The position numbers and the translations under genes are program-made. A stretch of DNA of 64,000 nucleotides from Clostridia bacterium (GTDB lineage: Bacteria; Bacillota; Clostridia; Christensenellales; SZUA-584). Below, piece after piece: positions 58,531 to 64,000 of the stretch. The notes under the pieces are model-generated. The model saw nothing but the letters and a program-made list of their open reading frames with translations. It had not been told where the DNA came from and made no database searches. The first letter of the stretch is position 1. Each line of letters starts with the position of its first letter. The stretch is taken from assembly GCA_003249555.1 (NCBI GenBank), contig QKIQ01000024.1, positions 353 to 64,352 on the forward strand, in the 5' to 3' direction.

Positions 58531-59202
58531 ATGGGTGACATTATCAAGCAAAGCGTCTGGGAAAAGTTTCAATTGGCTGGAGATATAACGCTTGCCGGTA
58601 TACTGATTACTGTTGGGCTTGCGTTTGTACTGGGGCTGTTCGTTTACTTTATTTATAGGTTGACCTTTTCTGGTGTGATTTTAGTAAAAAGCTTTGGGAC
58701 GTCCTTGGTCATGCTGTCTATGGTGACGTCAATGATTATCTCGGTGGTATCTTCAAGCATTGCGCTGACATTCGGTATGGTCGGCGCGTTGTCTATCGTG
58801 CGTTTCAGAACGGCGGTGAAAGATCCGATGGATACCATTTACATGTTTTGGGCAATTGGCTGTGGTATCACACTGGGAGCGCAGTTTTATACGCAGGCGC
58901 TTGTCGGCTCTGCAATCATCGGCGTTTTTCTTCTGGTATGGAATCTGTTCAAGTCCAAAAAGAATTTTCCGTTCATGTTTGTCATCCGTTTTGATGAAGC
59001 TTGCAAGAAAGAAGTACAGGCTGTGCTGCGCAAAATGCCTGCGGGCAGGCTGAAATCAAAAATCGTGTCTGAAGGCATGGTTGAGCTGACCATAGAAATG
59101 AACATCAAGGAAAGCGAAGCGGGCATGATCGATGCATTTTCCTCTATACCCGGCGTACATAATGCGTCTTTGATCAGCTATAAAGGCGACGTGGTGTCGT
59201 AA
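58531..59202 (+). CDS. DUF4956-family membrane protein
   Basis: Four predicted TM helices, conserved LSIVRFRTAVKDPMD segment, cytoplasmic C-terminal alpha/beta domain. 15 nt downstream of the VTC gene. Confidence 0.75.
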   Translation: MGDIIKQSVWEKFQLAGDITLAGILITVGLAFVLGLFVYFIYRLTFSGVILVKSFGTSLVMLSMVTSMIISVVSSSIALTFGMVGALSIVRFRTAVKDPMDTIYMFWAIGCGITLGAQFYTQALVGSAIIGVFLLVWNLFKSKKNFPFMFVIRFDEACKKEVQAVLRKMPAGRLKSKIVSEGMVELTIEMNIKESEAGMIDAFSSIPGVHNASLISYKGDVVS

Positions 59203-59220
59203 AATCAGACGTATCGCATA

Positions 59221-59252
59221 TTTTAAAACCGCTCTATGTAGGGCGGTTTTTG
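59221..59252. terminator. Bidirectional Rho-independent terminator
   Basis: AAAACCGC/GCGGTTTT stem flanked by TTTT on the left and T-runs on the right, between convergent genes. Confidence 0.75.
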
Positions 59253-59271
59253 CGTTTGGGGGATATATTTG

Positions 59272-59943
59272 TCATTTAGAAAGCTCGGCGGTATATTGAA
59301 AATCCTCGGTCTGCCTGATGATTATTTTTTGAGTGTACGCTTCATCGTTACCGGTATACCCCGTAACGATCATTTCACAGCGGCGGATGGCTGCGCCCTG
59401 TTTGTCCAGCGGTGACCAATATATCGTATCGCCATTGGATAAGATATAAGTCTTGCCTCTTTCCTTTACCGTATAGTCGGGAGGCTCCCATGTGATAATG
59501 GATCCGGTGTCTACATCGATGCGTATGGCGTCTGCATTAATGCCTGCATTGCTTTTAGGTACGGATATTACAAAAGGGAACCCAGGCACATCGCTTTGCG
59601 CAGATGAGTATTCGTTTAGCGTAAAAGCTTCTCCGGGCTGAAGAACAGTCTCTTCCCACTGCGCTCCGTATGCAGTCACGGCTAAGATACCTGTCGTGGA
59701 TGCGTGTGCGGCGGTTGTGACAACGGATGGAGCGTCGTCGGTGTGAAGCCCGGTTTCGGCGGGAACGGCTGGGCTAATCGCATTTAGAAGCATGGGCAGT
59801 GTCAGCCCAAGCACACAAATCAACACGGCGGCCGCAACACCCATAACAAGCCTTGTTCTTATGCTCATGGGCTCTCCTTGAGGTTCTTTGGTATAGCCTG
59901 ATTCATTTAAGTCCGTAAAATCATTATAATCATCCTTTTTCAT
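59272..59943 (-). CDS. Hypothetical single-pass membrane protein
   Basis: ATG at 59943 behind GGGAGGA. One TM (LVMGVAAAVLICVLGLTLPMLL) then an ectodomain of about 150 aa with no motif I recognise. Confidence 0.6.
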   Translation of the reverse strand: MKKDDYNDFTDLNESGYTKEPQGEPMSIRTRLVMGVAAAVLICVLGLTLPMLLNAISPAVPAETGLHTDDAPSVVTTAAHASTTGILAVTAYGAQWEETVLQPGEAFTLNEYSSAQSDVPGFPFVISVPKSNAGINADAIRIDVDTGSIITWEPPDYTVKERGKTYILSNGDTIYWSPLDKQGAAIRRCEMIVTGYTGNDEAYTQKIIIRQTEDFQYTAELSK

Positions 59944-60218
59944 GTGACATCCTCCCTGCCTCAATTCTATATGTCCCGCTGTGTTGTTGCAAGCCTTGCA
60001 TTTTTTCTCATGACAATCATCCCGGCGCACCAATGTATTTGCGCAGGGATATGTCTATTCTATATACGGTGATTTTCACACGATATACAAACACATATAC
60101 GCGCAAATAAATGTTCCCCACCATATATTGTATTGTGAAGAATGGCACATACAATTTTTATTTTTTTCTTGAATCAATATGCAAAAATAAGCAGGAATTA
60201 TTGAATTGACAACGAATA

Positions 60219-60276
60219 GTGATAAACATGTGGGGAAAAGTGGGTAACAATGGTGAGGAAAACATACTAAGTGGTG
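60219..60276 (+). promoter_or_regulatory. Candidate MraZ operator (phased GTGGG-like direct repeats)
   Basis: GTGGGG at 60230, GTGGGT at 60240, GTGAGG at 60253, GTGGTG at 60271, about 75-120 nt upstream of mraZ. Confidence 0.45.
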
Positions 60277-60349
60277 AAATGTAGCAGCCAAGCCCAACGT
60301 CCACAAACAAAGCAGCAATGATCTCAAAAAAGCTGCCGGGGGAGAAACA

Positions 60350-60787
60350 GTGAAAGGATCGCTGATTGGAACATACGTCCATAGCGTCGATGAAAAAGGC
60401 CGGCTCGCGGTCCCTTCAAAGCTAAGAGTCGAGCTTGGTGATCCGTTCTACATCACCTGCTTAAACGCAGATTGCCTGAGCGTTTATTCTGAGGAAGAAT
60501 GGTGCAAGTTCGCGGATAAGCTTAACGCCATTCCGCAGACTGATACCAAAGCGCAGCGCTATGTACGCATGATTTTCTCCAGCGCATGCAAATGTGAGCC
60601 CGATAAACAGGGGCGTGTGCTCCTGCCGCAGCTGCTCCGAGAAAAAGTGGGTATAGACAAGGAAATTGTGATGATTGGCGCTTCATACAGAGCAGAGATA
60701 TGGGCCAAAGAAAAATGGCAGGCGTTTATGGAAATGCCCGAAGATGAGGGCGACGCCATGGCGGGGCTCGCTGCTTACGGGGTATAA
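60350..60787 (+). CDS. mraZ: Transcriptional regulator MraZ
   Basis: Two SpoVT/AbrB-like repeats (DEKGRLAVPSKLR and DKQGRVLLPQLLR), GTG start behind GGGGGAG. Confidence 0.93.
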   Translation: MKGSLIGTYVHSVDEKGRLAVPSKLRVELGDPFYITCLNADCLSVYSEEEWCKFADKLNAIPQTDTKAQRYVRMIFSSACKCEPDKQGRVLLPQLLREKVGIDKEIVMIGASYRAEIWAKEKWQAFMEMPEDEGDAMAGLAAYGV

Positions 60788-60789
60788 GC

Positions 60790-61722
60790 ATGGCGCATAC
60801 AACGGTAATGCTTCATGAAACAGTAAGTGCGCTGAACTTGCGTCCGGGCATGACGGTGGCAGACGGCACGCTGGGCGGCGGCGGACATTCTCTGGAGATA
60901 TTAAAGCAGATTACGCCGGGCGGCCGGCTGATCGGGATTGACAAAGACACGTACGCGTTGGATATGGCGAAGCAGCGCCTTGGCAGCTATACGGATGAAG
61001 CGGTTTTTGTCCACGATGATTTTCGGAATATCAAAGACATACTGAGTATGCTTGATATAAATGGGATAGACGGAGCGGTGCTAGACCTCGGTGTCTCATC
61101 GTTTCAGCTGGACCAATGTAACAGGGGGTTTTCATATCATTTAGATTCAAGGCTTGATATGCGCATGAACAGAGAAGATAAAACATGCGCGGCGGATATT
61201 CTAAACAGCTATTCGCAGCAGGACCTTGAACGAATACTTCGGGACTATGGTGAGGAAAGATGGGCCGCAAGAATCGCGTCGTTTATTGTGAGGGAACGAA
61301 GTGACAAGCCCATAGAGACCACCGGACATCTCGTTGAGGTCATTAAAAAGGCGGTTCCGAGCGGAGCGCGCAAAGACGGGCCTCATCCGGCGCGGCGAAC
61401 GTTTCAGGCGCTTCGGATAGAGGTAAACGGAGAACTCGATGCGGTCAAAACCGCACTTCTCCATTTTGTGCAGGCTTTAAGGCCAGGCGCTCGGATCGCC
61501 GTGATAACCTTTCACTCCCTGGAAGACCGAATTGTCAAACAGGAGTTCAAACGCTTTGAAAATCCTTGTGAATGCCCGGTTGAGTTTCCTGTTTGCGTTT
61601 GCGGCAAAAAGCCGATGGGCAAGGTTGTGACGAGAAAGCCGATACTGCCGTCAGCGCAGGAGGTTGAGCAAAACAACAGGTCAAGGAGTGCAAAGCTTCG
61701 CGTTTTTGAGGCGCGCGGTTAA
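60790..61722 (+). CDS. rsmH: 16S rRNA (cytosine1402-N4)-methyltransferase
   Basis: HETVSAL, DGTLGGGGHS, DLGVSSFQLD, ITFHSLEDRIVK. Confidence 0.95.
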   Translation: MAHTTVMLHETVSALNLRPGMTVADGTLGGGGHSLEILKQITPGGRLIGIDKDTYALDMAKQRLGSYTDEAVFVHDDFRNIKDILSMLDINGIDGAVLDLGVSSFQLDQCNRGFSYHLDSRLDMRMNREDKTCAADILNSYSQQDLERILRDYGEERWAARIASFIVRERSDKPIETTGHLVEVIKKAVPSGARKDGPHPARRTFQALRIEVNGELDAVKTALLHFVQALRPGARIAVITFHSLEDRIVKQEFKRFENPCECPVEFPVCVCGKKPMGKVVTRKPILPSAQEVEQNNRSRSAKLRVFEARG

Positions 61723-61735
61723 GGGAGCGAACACT

Positions 61736-62248
61736 ATGCAATCAGCACAAAGAAAATTTGAATATGATGAGTCCATATACGCTGCAAAAAAAAGAGTTGT
61801 CAAGATGCAGGGTAATGTCGCATATATTAATACCGATCCTGTCAGTCCTGTGAGAAAAGCCCAACCGAGCACACAGTCGCGTCCGGTACGCAAAGTGCAG
61901 GATAAGCCGGCTGTTAAAAGCAAAGCAAAAGCGGCCACCAAAGCGGCTGCGATACGGCGTGAAAGAGCCGCTACAAGGAGGGGGCTTGCATCCACACTGT
62001 TTGTTATCTTTCTGGCTTTTTGTGCATTGTCTTTGCTCATTTCGCGTTATGCTGCGCTTTGCTCAATCGGTGTGCAAAACAACGAAATTAAGCAAGACAT
62101 CGCAATGATTGAGGGAGAGATCGACAAGCTTGAGCTGGATATGGAACTGCGCGACAGCGTTGAATATATTCAGGATATCGCGCAGAACGATCTGAAAATG
62201 GCTTATCCGACACGGGATCAAAAGATTACAATTAATATGAGCGGCTGA
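61736..62248 (+). CDS. ftsL: FtsL/DivIC-like cell division protein
   Basis: Basic N-terminus, single TM, coiled coil, in the position between rsmH and the PBP. The ATG at 61736 is preferred over the track start that overlaps rsmH. Confidence 0.6.
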   Translation: MQSAQRKFEYDESIYAAKKRVVKMQGNVAYINTDPVSPVRKAQPSTQSRPVRKVQDKPAVKSKAKAATKAAAIRRERAATRRGLASTLFVIFLAFCALSLLISRYAALCSIGVQNNEIKQDIAMIEGEIDKLELDMELRDSVEYIQDIAQNDLKMAYPTRDQKITINMSG

Positions 62249-64000
62249 TGACCAGAAAAACAAATAAAAAAAGAATTGTGAAAAAGGAGAGCGCGAAAAC
62301 CTCGCAAACCTCCTTGAAATCAAAAAAGAGACTGCTGTTTTTAATGACGGTGGTCGTTGTGCTTTTCGTTGCACTCGCTGTCAAAATGGGCATCGTCATA
62401 TTCGTACAGGGCGACATGCTGCGCGAGAAAGCGCTCATTCAACAAACGCGCGACTTGGTGGTCAGCGCCAAACGCGGCAGTATACTCGATTGCAACGGCA
62501 ATGTATTGGCGCAGAGCGCCAATGCCGAAACCGTGGTGCTGCGCCCTTCTGAAGTGAGCAAAGGCAACGTGGACACCATTGTGCAAAAGCTTGCCGACAT
62601 GCTCGGCATGGACGTGGAGGAAGTCAGAAAAAAGGCCACGGATGAAAAAAAGTCCGAGGTTTGGCTCAAACGGCAGGTAGACAATGCAATAGCCGACGAG
62701 TTGAGAAAGCTCAATCTCCCGGGTGTATACTTCACGATAGATGTAAAACGGTATTATCCAAACGGTGCGTTTCTAACGCAGACACTCGGCTTTACGTCGG
62801 TGGACGGCAATGGCATTGAAGGGCTCGAGGCATATTTGAATAAGTACCTGTCCGGACAGAACGGAAAAATTATCTCGGAAGCAGACAACAAAGGGCGTGA
62901 ATTGCCGTTAAGTGAAAAACAGTACATTGCGCCTGTGGACGGCTATAACGTTGTATTGACAATCGATGAGGTCATACAAAGCTTTCTCGAAAAATCACTT
63001 GAAGAGGCATACCTCCAACAGAACGCGATTGGCGCGTGGGGCATTGTGATGGATCCCAAGACGGGTGGTATACTCGCGATGGGCAGTTGTCCGGATTATG
63101 ACTTAAACGATCCGCCGCGTGACGACATTGAAGCGCTTACGCAGCTCACGCGCAACAAAGTGATTACAGACGTTTATGAGCCGGGTTCAACGTTTAAAGC
63201 TGTCACATGCGCATCCGCATTGGACAGCGGCGCCGTCACCACGGATGACACATTTGATTGCTCGGGTTCATATCCGGTAGACGGTCAGCCCATAAAGTGC
63301 TGGCGTTACCCCAGAGGCCACGGCCTTCAAAGCCTTTATGAAGCGGTACAGAATTCGTGTAATGTGGCGTTTATGAAAATGGGGCTCGCGATGGGCACCG
63401 AGACGTTTTACGATTATATCTATAAGTTTGGCTTCGGCCAGCAAACGGGCATCACATTCCCTTCTGACCAAGGCGGTATCGTCATGGGAGAAAAATATGT
63501 GCGAAACAGTGACCTCGCCCGCATCGCGTTCGGGCAATCTATAGCCGTAACACCATTGCAATTGATTTCCTCATTCAGTGCGGTGGTGAACGGCGGTTTT
63601 TTATACAAACCGATGCTGGTCAAGGGAATCACCGACAGCGACGGTAACTATATAAAGGAATACGAGCCCACGGTCGTGTCTCAGCCCATCAAGGAAGAGA
63701 CGTCGGCAACGATGCGCAGCATACTGGAAAGCGTTGTGACGCTTGGCAGCGGCAAAAACGCCTATATCGAGGGCTACCGTGTGGGCGGCAAAACGGGTAC
63801 GGCGCAAAAGTATGACGAAGACGGCAAGGTCATGACCGGCAAGCACATCGCGTCGTTTATCGGTTTTGCGCCCGCAGACGATCCTCAGATTGCTGTGCTG
63901 ATTATTGTCGACGAGCCCAATGTGGCTGTCGATTTCGGCAGTATCGTGGCGGCGCCGTATGTGAAAAACGTCCTCGAAGAATCACTGCAGTACATGGGCG
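62248..64000 (+). CDS. Class B penicillin-binding protein (FtsI/SpoVD-type), 3' partial
   Basis: Not in the ORF track (no stop in the window). The ATG overlaps the ftsL stop (TGATG). RGSILDCNGNVLA dimerisation domain, SxxK = STFK (about 63190), KTGTAQK (about 63790). Confidence 0.9.
   Translation, partial: MTRKTNKKRIVKKESAKTSQTSLKSKKRLLFLMTVVVVLFVALAVKMGIVIFVQGDMLREKALIQQTRDLVVSAKRGSILDCNGNVLAQSANAETVVLRPSEVSKGNVDTIVQKLADMLGMDVEEVRKKATDEKKSEVWLKRQVDNAIADELRKLNLPGVYFTIDVKRYYPNGAFLTQTLGFTSVDGNGIEGLEAYLNKYLSGQNGKIISEADNKGRELPLSEKQYIAPVDGYNVVLTIDEVIQSFLEKSLEEAYLQQNAIGAWGIVMDPKTGGILAMGSCPDYDLNDPPRDDIEALTQLTRNKVITDVYEPGSTFKAVTCASALDSGAVTTDDTFDCSGSYPVDGQPIKCWRYPRGHGLQSLYEAVQNSCNVAFMKMGLAMGTETFYDYIYKFGFGQQTGITFPSDQGGIVMGEKYVRNSDLARIAFGQSIAVTPLQLISSFSAVVNGGFLYKPMLVKGITDSDGNYIKEYEPTVVSQPIKEETSATMRSILESVVTLGSGKNAYIEGYRVGGKTGTAQKYDEDGKVMTGKHIASFIGFAPADDPQIAVLIIVDEPNVAVDFGSIVAAPYVKNVLEESLQYMG

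Noticed and set aside
59944-60033. N-terminal extension of the hypothetical membrane protein containing H-x3-C-x2-C (CHEKKCKAC), which resembles a zinc anti-sigma (ZAS) motif
   Set aside because: The motif sits only 7 residues from a TTG start that has no RBS, and no sigma factor gene is adjacent. The ATG at 59943 has a strong GGGAGGA RBS that would lie inside the extension. I treated the motif as coincidence.
1-64000. Search for CRISPR arrays, tRNA or rRNA genes, IS elements, integrases, toxin-antitoxin pairs or known defence genes
   Set aside because: I saw no regularly spaced direct repeats, no cloverleaf-like GC-rich segments in the intergenic gaps, and no transposase, integrase or defence-family motifs in any listed ORF. 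This was a visual scan only, so short or degenerate elements could have been missed.

Overview
The gene content points to chromosomal DNA from a motile, spore-forming Firmicute, probably a member of the Clostridia. Evidence includes GerMN lipoproteins, a SpoVD/FtsI-type PBP, PPDK, MutS2, a chemoreceptor and an RNase P RNA. Coding is dense and mostly on the + strand.

Housekeeping blocks:
- ndk
- mutS2
- dgt-like, dnaG and sigA
- trmK, nif3, a zinc-ribbon gene and rnpB
- comEC and holA, converging on rpsT
- the start of the dcw cluster (mraZ, rsmH, an ftsL-like gene and a PBP that runs off the 3' end)

Accessory content:
- a DeoR-controlled sugar or sugar-acid operon of unusual composition (2112-8063)
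- an MCP with a candidate sigma-D promoter
- two OmpR/HK two-component systems, one followed by HtrA and one by two GerMN lipoproteins
- a 2774-aa cyclic beta-1,2-glucan synthase-like giant protein (29429-37753) followed by a YgiQ radical SAM gene
- an accessory segment between rpsT and mraZ (about 51.4-60.0 kb)

The accessory segment carries two zinc-ribbon membrane proteins and an AraC regulator. It also carries a membrane-anchored protein with three lamin-tail domains and a CotH kinase domain, a VTC-type (triphosphate tunnel) polyphosphate-polymerase-domain protein, and a DUF4956 membrane protein. This CotH/VTC/DUF4956 module has two near-identical promoters. It is my best candidate for an undescribed system: surface-linked polyphosphate synthesis or export.

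I saw no rRNA, tRNA, CRISPR array, transposase, integrase or prophage genes. All calls come from reading the translated ORFs and the DNA by eye. No searches were run.
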